Positions 42,037-51,057 of a stretch of 64,000 nt of DNA are shown here, piece after piece. Position 1 is the stretch's first letter. Each line of letters opens with the position of its first letter. This stretch comes from Gammaproteobacteria bacterium. GTDB taxonomy: Bacteria; Pseudomonadota; Gammaproteobacteria; Steroidobacterales; Steroidobacteraceae. The notes under the pieces are model-generated. The model did no database searches, was not told the origin of the DNA, and was given only the letters and a program-made list of their open reading frames with translations. The translations under genes and the position numbers were made by a program. The stretch is taken from NCBI GenBank assembly GCA_947452065.1, contig CANGBB010000005.1:12820-76819 (forward strand), in the 5' to 3' direction.

Positions 42037-42912
42037 ATGTGCGACAACCATGACCTCGACACCATGACCGAGAACCTCGTCAATTCCGAGCTCACCCGCC
42101 GGCGTTTTGCGGCTTGGTCCATGGGTGCCGGTCTGGCCTTTGCGCTACCCCGCGCCGCCAATGCCATGGACGTGGTCGAGTCGGAAATCGAGATCAAGAC
42201 GCCCGATGGTGTTGCCGACAGCTATTTCGTGCATCCGGCCAAGGGCAAGTACCCTGCGGTGCTTGTCTGGACTGATATTTTCGGTCTGCGGCCTTCGTTC
42301 CGGCAGATGGCCAAGCGCCTCGCGGAGCAGGGCTATGCGGTGCTGGTGCCCAATCCGTTTTACCGCACCAAGCGTGCACCGACTTCGCCTCCGGGTGCAT
42401 CGATGGACAAGCCGGAGAGTCGCGAGCTGTTGATGGCGAACGCACGCACGCTGAGCGCCACGACTAACGTGACGGATGCACAGGCATTCATTGCTTGGCT
42501 GGATGGCCAGGCCTCAGTCGACAGCAAGCGCAAGGTGGGCACCACCGGATACTGCATGGGTGGTTCGATGGTGCTGCGCACAGCGGCTGCACTCCCCGAG
42601 CGCGTGGGTGCCGGCGCCACCTTCCACGGCGGCAATGGCATGGCCTCCGACAAGGCCGATAGCCCGCACCTGCTGATTCCGAAGATGAAGGCCAGCTTCC
42701 TGATGGCGCTGGCCGAGAGCGATGATGCTCAGGCCCCGAACGTGAAGACGATGCTGGCCGATGCGTTCAAGAGCGCTAATGTGAAGGCAGAGGTCGAGGT
42801 CTACAAGGCCAAGCACGGCTGGTGTCCGCCTGACAGTGCCGTGTATGACGAGAAGGAAGCCGAGCGAGCCTGGGCGCGCATGCTGGCGCTGTTCAAGGCC
42901 TCGCTGGCCTGA
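42037..42912 (+). CDS. Tat-exported dienelactone hydrolase family protein (paralogue 2)
   Basis: Twin-arginine signal ELTRRRFAAWSMGAGLAFALPRAANA, nucleophile motif GYCMGG, C-terminal KHGW. Confidence 0.85.
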   Translation: MCDNHDLDTMTENLVNSELTRRRFAAWSMGAGLAFALPRAANAMDVVESEIEIKTPDGVADSYFVHPAKGKYPAVLVWTDIFGLRPSFRQMAKRLAEQGYAVLVPNPFYRTKRAPTSPPGASMDKPESRELLMANARTLSATTNVTDAQAFIAWLDGQASVDSKRKVGTTGYCMGGSMVLRTAAALPERVGAGATFHGGNGMASDKADSPHLLIPKMKASFLMALAESDDAQAPNVKTMLADAFKSANVKAEVEVYKAKHGWCPPDSAVYDEKEAERAWARMLALFKASLA

Positions 42913-42977
42913 GACCCCGAGCGTGCGCGCCGGTAGATCGGCGTGCACGCTTGCGCCACTTGTGGCATTTTCGGGCC

Positions 42978-43571
42978 ATGGCGCTTCCTGAAGACGATCT
43001 CACGGCCGCCGGCGCGGGCCGCCGCCGGGTGCTACTCAGTGGCCTGAGTATCGCGCTGGCAGCGACGCTGCCGGCGCGGCGGCTATTGGCAGCCACGACC
43101 GAAGCGCCGCGCAGTCTCTCCTTTGTGCATACGCACACTGGGGAGCATCTGTCCGCCACGTACTTCCAGTCCGGAGCCTACGACGACGCTGCGCTGACAC
43201 GCATCAACGTGCTGTTGCGTGACTTCCGCAATGAAGCCGTGCATCCCATCGATCCGCAGCTGCTGGACGCACTGCATGTGCTGCGCTGCCAATGCGGCAG
43301 CAGCGAGCCTTTCCAGATCATCTCCGGCTATCGCTCGCCGGCCACCAACGCCACGCTCCGCGGCAAGTCCGTGGCCAGTGGTGTGGCCGAGCACAGCCTG
43401 CACATGGAAGGCCGTGCCATCGACATCCGCCTGCCGGGTCTGGCCACGCGCCAGCTGGCTGTGCAGGCCCGCGCCCTGCAGGTGGGGGGTGTTGGTTACT
43501 ACCGTGTTTCGGATTTCGTCCACGTGGATACCGGGCGAGTTCGCCTTTGGGGTGATCCAGTAGGGACATAG
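42978..43571 (+). CDS. DUF882/YcbK(MepK)-like peptidase M15 family protein, Tat signal
   Basis: GRRRVLLSG Tat motif. ISGYRSPATN, HSLHMEGRAIDI and DFVHVDTG match YcbK/MepK metal-binding motifs. Confidence 0.88.
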   Translation: MALPEDDLTAAGAGRRRVLLSGLSIALAATLPARRLLAATTEAPRSLSFVHTHTGEHLSATYFQSGAYDDAALTRINVLLRDFRNEAVHPIDPQLLDALHVLRCQCGSSEPFQIISGYRSPATNATLRGKSVASGVAEHSLHMEGRAIDIRLPGLATRQLAVQARALQVGGVGYYRVSDFVHVDTGRVRLWGDPVGT

Positions 43572-43648
43572 GGACAAGTGCGCATTGGCTGGCAGGCGCG
43601 TCGCCTGCAGTGTTGTGCGCTGGAAGAAGCGTCAACAGGAGGCGCCCC

Positions 43649-43951
43649 ATGAATGCCAACACCGAGCAGCTGATGGGTCAGCTGCACAAACTGGTCAGTG
43701 AACTCGAGGGTCTGGCCAAGAGCACGGCCACTGTCGCAGAGCAGGGCGGTACCGACATCGCCGAGCATTTCCGCGGCGCTCTGGCTGGAGCGCGTGAGCG
43801 TCTCCAAGATGTGGAGCAGTCACTCGAGCGCGACCTGAAGAAGCACGGCAAGACCGTCGATCGTTACGTGCATGAAAATGCCTGGGTGTCGATAGGTGTG
43901 GCGGCGGCGGTGGCATTCCTTCTCGGCGCGCTGACGCGCCGGCGCGATTGA
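43649..43951 (+). CDS. DUF883 (ElaB/YqjD/YgaM) family membrane-anchored protein
   Basis: About 100 aa with a coiled-coil N-terminus and a C-terminal anchor NAWVSIGVAAAVAFLLGALTRRR. AGGAGG Shine-Dalgarno sequence. Confidence 0.85.
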   Translation: MNANTEQLMGQLHKLVSELEGLAKSTATVAEQGGTDIAEHFRGALAGARERLQDVEQSLERDLKKHGKTVDRYVHENAWVSIGVAAAVAFLLGALTRRRD

Positions 43952-43961
43952 GGGGCGCAAC

Positions 43962-44279
43962 ATGAACGGAATAGCCGGAACCCTGCTTGGACTGCTGCAG
44001 TCCGTCAGCCATATCGGAGAGATGCTCGCCGCCAGTGTCGATGTGCGAGTGCGTGAGCTGCGTGATGGTGTGCGCGCTGAGGTGCGGCGCATTGCCGCGT
44101 CGCTCGCGCTATCCATTCTGGCCGCGACCTGTGGTTTTGCGGCGCTGGTCTTTGCAGCCGTTGCCATCCTGATCGCTGCTTGGTCCACGCATCCGGTCCT
44201 GGCTGCTGCGCTGATTGCCGTCGGGTTTGCACTGGTAGCCACGCTAGCCATCCTATTGATACGTGACAACACGCGTTAG
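43962..44279 (+). CDS. YqjE-like (phage-holin-family/DUF1469) membrane protein
   Basis: 105 aa with two TM helices. It directly follows the DUF883 gene, as yqjD-yqjE do in E. coli. Confidence 0.7.
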   Translation: MNGIAGTLLGLLQSVSHIGEMLAASVDVRVRELRDGVRAEVRRIAASLALSILAATCGFAALVFAAVAILIAAWSTHPVLAAALIAVGFALVATLAILLIRDNTR

Positions 44280-45828
44280 CCGCACACTGTCCTGCTGCGC
44301 GCTGCTGTTATGTGTTGCAGGCTTGGTGCAGGCCGGCCAAAGCGGCTCCTATCGATGGTTTGATGGTGGACGACCCACTGCGCAGGCGCTTGCGGTACTG
44401 GCGCAGCTGCGAGCCGCCGGTGAAGAGGGTCTGCAGCCGGAGTATTACGGTGCGGCTGCGCTGACGCAGCGCTTCCAGACCGTATCCAGCGGGTCGGTCC
44501 CTGGGGCGGCCGTGATCAGTGAGCTGGACGCCGCGCTGAGCAAAGCAGCGGTGCAACTGGCCAATGATCTACATCGCGGGCATGTCGATCCGCGTAGCAC
44601 AGGTCTTGCACTGCGCCGCGGCCGCGCAGAAGTGGATGCAGGCGCGTGGCTGTCCCGGCTCGCTGCCAGTCACAACGTAGCGGCGGAATTCCGCGCACTC
44701 GAACCGCAGTTCCTGCACTACCGCCTGCTTGAGCAGTGGCTGGTGAAGTATCGCCAACTGGCTCAGCAGGAGCCAACGTTGACGGCCTTGCCGCCGCTGC
44801 CGGCGCGTAGTGTCAAACCGGACGGAAAGTATGCGGGTGCCGATGCGCTGCGCCATCTACTGGCGGCGCTGGGGGATCTGCCTTCAGAGGAGGCGGCTGC
44901 ACGCAACGACGGGCTGTTCGACGCCACGCTCTCCGCGGCTCTGATGCGCTTCCAGCAGCGCCATGGTTTGACTGTGGATGGCACGCTGGGGAACAAGACC
45001 TTCGCAGCTCTGGTGACTCCATTGCAGCAGCGCATACGGCAGATCGAGCTGAGCCTGGAGCGTTGGCGCTGGCTGCCGGAGTTCACCTCTCCGCCGATCA
45101 TCATCAATATCCCGCAGTTCCGGCTGTTCGCCTTCCGCGGATTGCAGGACCGTGTCGCCGACATCCTGCAGATGGATGTGATTGTCGGTGAGTCTTATCG
45201 CCGAAAGCGCACTACTGTGTTCGTGGCCGAACTGCAGCAGGTGGTGTTCCGTCCGTACTGGGATGTGCCGCCGTCCATTTTGAAGAACGAGCTGTTGCCG
45301 CTGATTCGTCGCGATGCCAGTTATCTGGCGCGCAATGAGATGGAGATGGTGCGCGGTCCTGGCGATGATGCCCGCGTTGTCGATGTCACGCCGGAAAACA
45401 TCGAAGCTCTTGCAGCCGGGCAGCTTCGCCTGCGGCAGCGCGCCGGAGAAAAGAACGCGCTGGGTGCGGTCAAGTTTGTTTTTCCGAATGACTTTGGTGT
45501 CTATTTGCACAGTACGCCGGCGCAGCAGCTGTTTGCGCACTCGCGTCGTGATTTCAGTCACGGGTGCATTCGTGTCAGCGAGCCGGCGGCACTCGCTGTG
45601 CATGTGCTGAGTCATGTCGATGGCGGCTGGTCGATGGAGCAGGTGCTCGCGGCCATGCAGGGCGAGCCCAACCGACGCATCCGCCTCCCGCAGCCGATTC
45701 CAGTGATGGTGCTGTATGCCACGGCACTGGCTACTGAGGACGGTCGTATCCTGTTCTTCGACGATATCTATGGCCATGACCGCCGGCTGGCCCAGTGGCT
45801 GCCGGGCGTGGCGCGTCAGGCGTACTGA
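44263..45828 (+). CDS. L,D-transpeptidase, YcbB/LdtD-like
   Basis: PG-binding repeat (FQQRHGLTVDGTLGNKT) and YkuD catalytic motif YLHSTPAQQLFAHSRRDFSHGCIRV. The GTG start overlaps the previous gene by 17 nt. Confidence 0.9.
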   Translation: MTTRVSRTLSCCALLLCVAGLVQAGQSGSYRWFDGGRPTAQALAVLAQLRAAGEEGLQPEYYGAAALTQRFQTVSSGSVPGAAVISELDAALSKAAVQLANDLHRGHVDPRSTGLALRRGRAEVDAGAWLSRLAASHNVAAEFRALEPQFLHYRLLEQWLVKYRQLAQQEPTLTALPPLPARSVKPDGKYAGADALRHLLAALGDLPSEEAAARNDGLFDATLSAALMRFQQRHGLTVDGTLGNKTFAALVTPLQQRIRQIELSLERWRWLPEFTSPPIIINIPQFRLFAFRGLQDRVADILQMDVIVGESYRRKRTTVFVAELQQVVFRPYWDVPPSILKNELLPLIRRDASYLARNEMEMVRGPGDDARVVDVTPENIEALAAGQLRLRQRAGEKNALGAVKFVFPNDFGVYLHSTPAQQLFAHSRRDFSHGCIRVSEPAALAVHVLSHVDGGWSMEQVLAAMQGEPNRRIRLPQPIPVMVLYATALATEDGRILFFDDIYGHDRRLAQWLPGVARQAY

Positions 45829-45835
45829 TCCGGCT

Positions 45836-46552
45836 TTAGCTCAGGACTTCTTCCAGAAACTGCATGAGGCTGCCCCATGAGCGGCGATCAGCCTTGGCGT
45901 CGTAGAGCAGGCCGCCCGAGGCGTCGCTGGCTTCAGGGTTGGTGAATGCATGGACCGTGTTGCCATAGGCGTGCAACTGCCAATCCGCTCGCGCCGCGGT
46001 GAACTCGCGAGCGAAGGCCAGCACTTCTTCCGGCGGTGCCATCGGATCATCGTAGCCGTGCAGGGCGAGGATCTTCGCTTTGACCGTGTGCGGTGCCAAG
46101 CCATTGGGCTTGAGCAGACCATGGAAGCTGATCACGCCGCGGACATCCGCGCCGCTACGCGCCAAATCCAGCACGCACAGCCCGCCAAAGCAGAAGCCCA
46201 TGGCTGCGATCCGTCCGACGTCGATGCCAGGCTGCGCGCGCACCGTAGCCAGTGCCGTCTGCATGCGTTGCGCCAGCATGGCGCGGTTCTCCATGAAGGG
46301 CGTCATCAGTGCGCCATTCTCGGCTGCGTTGCGACCACGTACGCCCTTGCCATACATGTCGATGCAAAACGCTGCGTAGCCATGCGAGGCCAAGCGACGC
46401 GCCTTGTTGGCGACGAACTCGTCGCGTCCACCCCAGGCATGAGCAATCATCACCGCTGGTTGTGGCGGAGTGCGCGCATCGTCGTGCACCAGCAGTCCCT
46501 CCAGCACAGTTCCTCCATCGCGATATTCGATGGCCTGTTCGACAATTGACAT
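45836..46552 (-). CDS. Cytoplasmic dienelactone hydrolase family protein (paralogue 3)
   Basis: MSIVEQAIEYRDGG start with GGAGGAG Shine-Dalgarno sequence, nucleophile motif GFCFGG, C-terminal HAF. No signal peptide. Confidence 0.85.
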   Translation of the reverse strand: MSIVEQAIEYRDGGTVLEGLLVHDDARTPPQPAVMIAHAWGGRDEFVANKARRLASHGYAAFCIDMYGKGVRGRNAAENGALMTPFMENRAMLAQRMQTALATVRAQPGIDVGRIAAMGFCFGGLCVLDLARSGADVRGVISFHGLLKPNGLAPHTVKAKILALHGYDDPMAPPEEVLAFAREFTAARADWQLHAYGNTVHAFTNPEASDASGGLLYDAKADRRSWGSLMQFLEEVLS

Positions 46553-46712
46553 GGCTCCTCCGTGGATGCGAATGGCTGTGAGTGGCGTTGCCCGGGATGA
46601 TAGCGCCATACTCAGGATGGGTGACAAATGCCAATGGTGTATGGCTCCGTCACCGGGCTTGTGCCTGTTTTGACGCTATAATTCCGCACCATCAGACCAA
46701 TTGGAAAGACGG

Positions 46713-47720
46713 ATGAATTCAGGCACGAATGCGCTCTTGGGCGGCGCCAATCTGACCACACTGCAGGCGCATATTCTGGAGCAGCAGCAGCGGAACCCAG
46801 AGGCCAGCGGTACGCTGTCCTGGATTCTCTCTGCACTGTCGATATCGGCCAAGGTCATCACCTCCAAGGTGCGCCGCGCACGTCTTGATGACGTGCTGGG
46901 CAGCGTTGGCCATGAGAACGTGCAGGGCGAGCAGCAGCAGAAGCTCGACGTCATTTCCAACGAGGTGTTGTTGCGCTTGCTCGGTGGTCGGGAAGGTGTG
47001 GCCATTGTGGCCTCCGAGGAGAACGAAGAGTCCGTGATCCTGCGCTCCGCCGGTGCTGGCGACCGTAAGTACTGCGTGCTGTTCGATCCGCTGGATGGTT
47101 CCTCGAATCTCGACGTCTGTGGTGGCGTGGGCACCATCTTCAGCATTCTGCGTTTCGACCAGAGTGCGTCGAAGCCCGAGGACTCCCTGTTGCAGCCCGG
47201 TGCGCAGCAGGTGGCGGCCGGCTATGTGCTGTACGGCTCCTCCACAGTCTTCGTGCTGTCACTGGGTCAGGGCGTCGATATGTTCGTGCTCGATCCGTCG
47301 ATCGGTGCTTTTGTGCGCGTCGCCCAGAATCTGCGTATACCTGCCGCGAGCAAGAGCTATTCGGTCAATGAAGGCAACCGCCGCAGCTTTCCCGTCGGCT
47401 ACCAGCGCTACCTCGATTGGGCTCAGGAGCACGGCTATTCCAGTCGCTATGTCGGTGCGATGGTCGCTGACCTGCATCGCATTCTGCTCAAGGGCGGCGT
47501 ATTCATGTATCCGCCCACTGCCAAGGCGCCGGCCGGCAAGCTGCGCCTGATGTATGAGGCCAACCCGATGGCTATGCTGATCGAGCAGGCCGGCGGCAAG
47601 GCTCTGGTCGCGCCCGGTGAGCGGGTACTGGATGTGGTGCCTAGCAGCATCCACCAACGCACGCCGCTGGTCATCGGCAGTCCATCCGAAGTCGATCATG
47701 TGATGGCGCATCTGGTCTGA
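46713..47720 (+). CDS. fbp: Fructose-1,6-bisphosphatase class 1
   Basis: ENVQGEQQQKLDV, ASEENEE, DPLDGSSN and GGVFMYP motifs, colinear with E. coli Fbp. Confidence 0.95.
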   Translation: MNSGTNALLGGANLTTLQAHILEQQQRNPEASGTLSWILSALSISAKVITSKVRRARLDDVLGSVGHENVQGEQQQKLDVISNEVLLRLLGGREGVAIVASEENEESVILRSAGAGDRKYCVLFDPLDGSSNLDVCGGVGTIFSILRFDQSASKPEDSLLQPGAQQVAAGYVLYGSSTVFVLSLGQGVDMFVLDPSIGAFVRVAQNLRIPAASKSYSVNEGNRRSFPVGYQRYLDWAQEHGYSSRYVGAMVADLHRILLKGGVFMYPPTAKAPAGKLRLMYEANPMAMLIEQAGGKALVAPGERVLDVVPSSIHQRTPLVIGSPSEVDHVMAHLV

Positions 47721-47811
47721 CCCAACGCGTCGCGGGAGGTTCTGGCGGCGCTAGGCCGGGGTGACCCGCCGGTTTTCCGGCGCGAATGTGTGAACTACGT
47801 CACAAAAAATG

Positions 47812-47827
47812 TGGCATGCGACTTGCT
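47812..47827 (+). promoter_or_regulatory. Sigma54 (-24/-12) promoter upstream of fliM
   Basis: TGGCATG-cgac-TTGCT against the consensus TGGCACG-N4-TTGCW, one mismatch and correct GG/GC spacing. It lies 65 nt upstream of the fliM ATG. Confidence 0.6.
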
Positions 47828-47891
47828 GATGCTTCTGGGCGGACGATAACTGTCCGTCACGCTGGATTTTCCCCGGAGCGCCCTGCAGTCG

Positions 47892-48869
47892 ATGAGTACC
47901 CCGACCGATATCCTCAGTCAGGATGAGATCAATGCCCTGCTGGTCGGTGTAGACAGTGGCGCCGTCCCGATTGGCGACGCGCCGGTCTCCGTCAGTGCCC
48001 AGCCCTTTGATATGAGCGCCTACGTACGCAGCGTGCGTGGCCGCATGCCGACACTGCATGTGATCAACGATCGCATGGTCCGTCAGCTCCGTGCGGGCAT
48101 CCACAGCCTGCTGGGCCGCACGCCGGCAATCACTGTCTCTCCGACGCGCGCACTCAAGTGCAGCGAGTACCTGCAGACATTGCGGCAGCCTTCCAGTCTC
48201 AATCTCATCAAGCTCGCTCCACTGCGCGGCACCTGTCTGGTGATGTTCGACTCGCGGCTGGTATTCGCTGTGGTGGACTCCTTCTTTGGTGGCACCGGTC
48301 ATCACACGCAGGTTGAAGGGCGTGATTTCACTCCGACCGAGTCGCGCATGATCCAGCGGCTGCTACAGCAGGTGCTCGCCGATATTCATGCGTCGTGGTC
48401 GCCCGTCATAACGCTGCAGCCGGAATTCATCGGCTCCGAGTCCAATCCGAACTTCATCAATCTTGCGGCGCCCACCGAGGTGCTGCTGGTCACGGCCTTT
48501 CGCGTCGAGCTGGACGGGCTCGGCGGTGAGCTGCATCTGACGCTGCCCTATGCGCTGCTCGAACCGATCCGTGAACAGCTGGACTCAGACTTCACTGGCG
48601 ATCCGGCCGCACGCGACGATCGCTGGGCTGGACACCTGCGTGGTCATGCTGAGGATCTCGAGATCGAGATGGTCCCGGTGCTCGGACGCTCGACGGTGAC
48701 TCTCGAAAGACTGCTCAGTCTCAAGGCCGGCGACATGATTCCCTGCGACTTCGAGGGCGAAGCGATGCTGCTGGCTCAGGGAATACCGGCTGCACGCGGT
48801 AAATACTGCAGCTCCCGTGGTAAGCAGGCCATCCAGGTCAGGGAGTTGCTGCTCGGCCGGCAAGACTGA
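47892..48869 (+). CDS. fliM: Flagellar motor switch protein FliM (orphan copy, no flanking flagellar genes)
   Basis: CheY-binding N-terminus ILSQDEINALL, FFGGTGH (GGXG) motif, NLIKLAPLRGTCLVMF, and a C-terminal SpoA/FliN-like domain. Colinear with E. coli FliM over the full length. Confidence 0.88.
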   Translation: MSTPTDILSQDEINALLVGVDSGAVPIGDAPVSVSAQPFDMSAYVRSVRGRMPTLHVINDRMVRQLRAGIHSLLGRTPAITVSPTRALKCSEYLQTLRQPSSLNLIKLAPLRGTCLVMFDSRLVFAVVDSFFGGTGHHTQVEGRDFTPTESRMIQRLLQQVLADIHASWSPVITLQPEFIGSESNPNFINLAAPTEVLLVTAFRVELDGLGGELHLTLPYALLEPIREQLDSDFTGDPAARDDRWAGHLRGHAEDLEIEMVPVLGRSTVTLERLLSLKAGDMIPCDFEGEAMLLAQGIPAARGKYCSSRGKQAIQVRELLLGRQD

Positions 48870-49027
48870 CGCGCAGCCTCCAGCTTCGCGGCACGGGACT
48901 CTGGTGCGCTGCTGTGGCACGATTTGCCGCGGAGGCGTGACTCTCGGCAAACCCATCGCCTCCCGCAGATCGACTGCATGGGGGCTTTCTGGAATTCACG
49001 GCATCGGGACTGATCGCGCTGGCGCAG

Positions 49028-49675
49028 GTGGTTTGGATCAACATCCTGCTTTCCGGCGACAACGCCATTGCCATCGGCATGGCCTGCCGGGATCTGCCGC
49101 CGCGTTATCGTCGGCTCGGCATCGTCTACGGAACTGCTGCAGCCATTGTTATGCGCTGTGGATTCGCCCTAGTCGTGTCGTGGTTGATGGAACTGGCGTG
49201 GCTGAAGGCAGCCGGCGGCTTGCTGCTGCTCTGGATTGCCATCAGCCTTGCACGCGGCGGTGATGAGAACCACTCGGTCAAGGCCTCCACGCGTCTTTGG
49301 CATGCAGTACTGATCATCGTGGCTGCCGATGCCACCATGAGCCTCGACAATGTGCTGGGCATCGCTGCGATTGCCCGCAACAACGCAGCACTGTTTATCG
49401 CCGGCCTTGTGCTCTCCATGCCGCTGGTGATGGTGGGGGCCTCGTTGTTTACGCGTGTGCTTGAACGTTTCCCCCTTATTGTCTGGGCCGGTGCAGCACT
49501 GCTCGGCTGGGTGGCCGGCGGCCTGATCGTCGACGATCGGGCGCTGCGTCCCTGGCTGCATGGGAGCGATCCGACGACATTGCATTTGGCAATGAGCCTT
49601 GTTGCGAGCATCTTAGTGCTCGCAGTCGCCGGATTACTGCGAGCGTGGCAGCGGCGGGAGTCCGCGCGCCGCTAG
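49028..49675 (+). CDS. TerC/YjbE-family integral membrane protein (start unresolved)
   Basis: INILLSGDNAIAIG and DNVLGIAAIA, the paired TerC motifs. The first in-frame start is the GTG at 49028, but homologous TM1 sequence (GGFLEFTASGLIALAQV) is encoded in frame upstream of it. Confidence 0.8.
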   Translation: MVWINILLSGDNAIAIGMACRDLPPRYRRLGIVYGTAAAIVMRCGFALVVSWLMELAWLKAAGGLLLLWIAISLARGGDENHSVKASTRLWHAVLIIVAADATMSLDNVLGIAAIARNNAALFIAGLVLSMPLVMVGASLFTRVLERFPLIVWAGAALLGWVAGGLIVDDRALRPWLHGSDPTTLHLAMSLVASILVLAVAGLLRAWQRRESARR

Positions 49676-51057
49676 TACACGTCGCGCCGATAACGGCCGT
49701 TGGCGAGCAACTCCGCCAACGTGTGGGTGCCGAGCACTTCCTCAAGCACCGCCGCGACGCCGCTGCCCATGCCGTCCAGGCTGCCGCAGACATAGATGGC
49801 GGCACCTTCATCGACCCACTGACGCAATTCCACCGCGCACTCGCGCAGGCGATCCTGCACATAGACGCGACGCGGCGGATCGCGTGAATAGACGCGGTCC
49901 AGACTTGTGAGTACGCCGTTTTGTTCCCAGACCTGCAGTTCGGCATCCAGCACTGCGTCGTACGCGGCATTGCGCTCGCCGAACAGCAACCAGTTGCGAG
50001 TGTCACTCTGCTGCGCGCGCGCCTGCAGATGCGCGCGCAGTCCGGCAATGCCAGTGCCGTTGCCAATCAATATCCAAGGGCGAGGGGCGTTGTCACCTTG
50101 CCTGAAACTACGATTTGAGCGCACTCGCAACGGCACCGCATCGCCGAGCGCGAGCTGGGTGCACAGCCACCCCGAACACAGTCCCTGGCTGCCATCATCG
50201 CGTTGCGCCACCCGCACCAGCAGACGTAGATGGCCCTCGCTCGGGAGTGAGGCGATGGAGAAGTCGCGCGGACGTGACTCGTCACCCGGCGGCGTGATCT
50301 GTGCCAGATCACCAGCCTGCCAATCGGGTCGCGCGCTGTGATCCGCGGGCGCCAGCCGCAGGTCATACATCGGAGCGCCCGCGCTGCCTGGGTTCAATAG
50401 TTCGCGCTGCACCAACTGCCACTCGTCGAAGCGAGGCGGGAGCCATTCGGGCAACTCGTCGGTGCCCGTGATATCCATCAGATGGGTGCGCCACTGTGAC
50501 AGCGCAGCGGGATCGGTGTTACTGGCTTCGACCCGCGTGAATAGTCGCGTGGCACCCTGCGTGTGCAACCACTCATCCAGCGTTCGACCGAAGGCGCAGA
50601 AGTTGCGGTAGTCGCGATCGCCTAGCGCCAGCACGCCATATTGCAGGCCGCCCAGTGCGTGTGGCGCATCCATCACGCGCCGCATGAACAGGGCGCCGCC
50701 GTCGGGTGGATCTCCTTCACCGGTGGTGCTGGCCACGAACAGTGCGCGAGTGGTGTGCCTAAGCGTGGCCGCGTCCAACTGTTCGATGCTGATGAGCTGC
50801 GCGGACAGTCCAACGGTGTGCAGCGCGTTGGCCGTGCGTCGGGCCAGTTCCTCAGCGGTGCCAGTCTGACTGGCATACACAACCAGCCAGCTTGCGGAGT
50901 CGCCCACGGACATGGCCAACTCAGCGGCCTCGTGCTCACGTCGGCGCGCTTCGCGTCGTACGCGCCAGACAGTGGTTACCAGCAGCAGCAGGTACAGTGC
51001 TGTTGCCAATGCCGCACCGATCAGTCGCAGATTCGAGATGCCGGACATCATTTGCAA
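49672..51057 (-). CDS. TM-anchored flavodoxin/ferredoxin-NADP reductase fusion (sulfite-reductase-flavoprotein-like)
   Basis: One N-terminal TM helix, flavodoxin motif VVYASQTGTAEELA, FAD motif RDFSIAS, NADPH motif ILIGNGTGIAGLRA. Confidence 0.85.
   Translation of the reverse strand: MQMMSGISNLRLIGAALATALYLLLLVTTVWRVRREARRREHEAAELAMSVGDSASWLVVYASQTGTAEELARRTANALHTVGLSAQLISIEQLDAATLRHTTRALFVASTTGEGDPPDGGALFMRRVMDAPHALGGLQYGVLALGDRDYRNFCAFGRTLDEWLHTQGATRLFTRVEASNTDPAALSQWRTHLMDITGTDELPEWLPPRFDEWQLVQRELLNPGSAGAPMYDLRLAPADHSARPDWQAGDLAQITPPGDESRPRDFSIASLPSEGHLRLLVRVAQRDDGSQGLCSGWLCTQLALGDAVPLRVRSNRSFRQGDNAPRPWILIGNGTGIAGLRAHLQARAQQSDTRNWLLFGERNAAYDAVLDAELQVWEQNGVLTSLDRVYSRDPPRRVYVQDRLRECAVELRQWVDEGAAIYVCGSLDGMGSGVAAVLEEVLGTHTLAELLANGRYRRDVY

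Noticed and set aside
47842-47849. GACGATAA resembling the sigma28 (FliA) -10 element GCCGATAA upstream of fliM.
   Set aside because: No TAAA-type -35 element lies at the required spacing of about 15 nt. The site is downstream of the better-supported sigma54 -12 element.
47751-48305. 184-aa minus-strand ORF overlapping the fliM promoter and 5' region.
   Set aside because: It has no recognisable motifs and is a shadow frame opposite a well-supported fliM.
48915-48930. TGGCAC...TGC sigma54-like string upstream of the TerC gene.
   Set aside because: The GG-to-GC spacing is 2 nt short of the obligatory -24/-12 geometry.
48870-49027. Possible yybP-ykoY (Mn2+) riboswitch ahead of the TerC-family gene. 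A bulged hairpin GCGGAGGCG...CGCCTCCCGC is present at 48929-48966.
   Set aside because: The conserved GGGGAGUAG and GAGACAU-type loops of that riboswitch are not present. Only a generic hairpin is seen.
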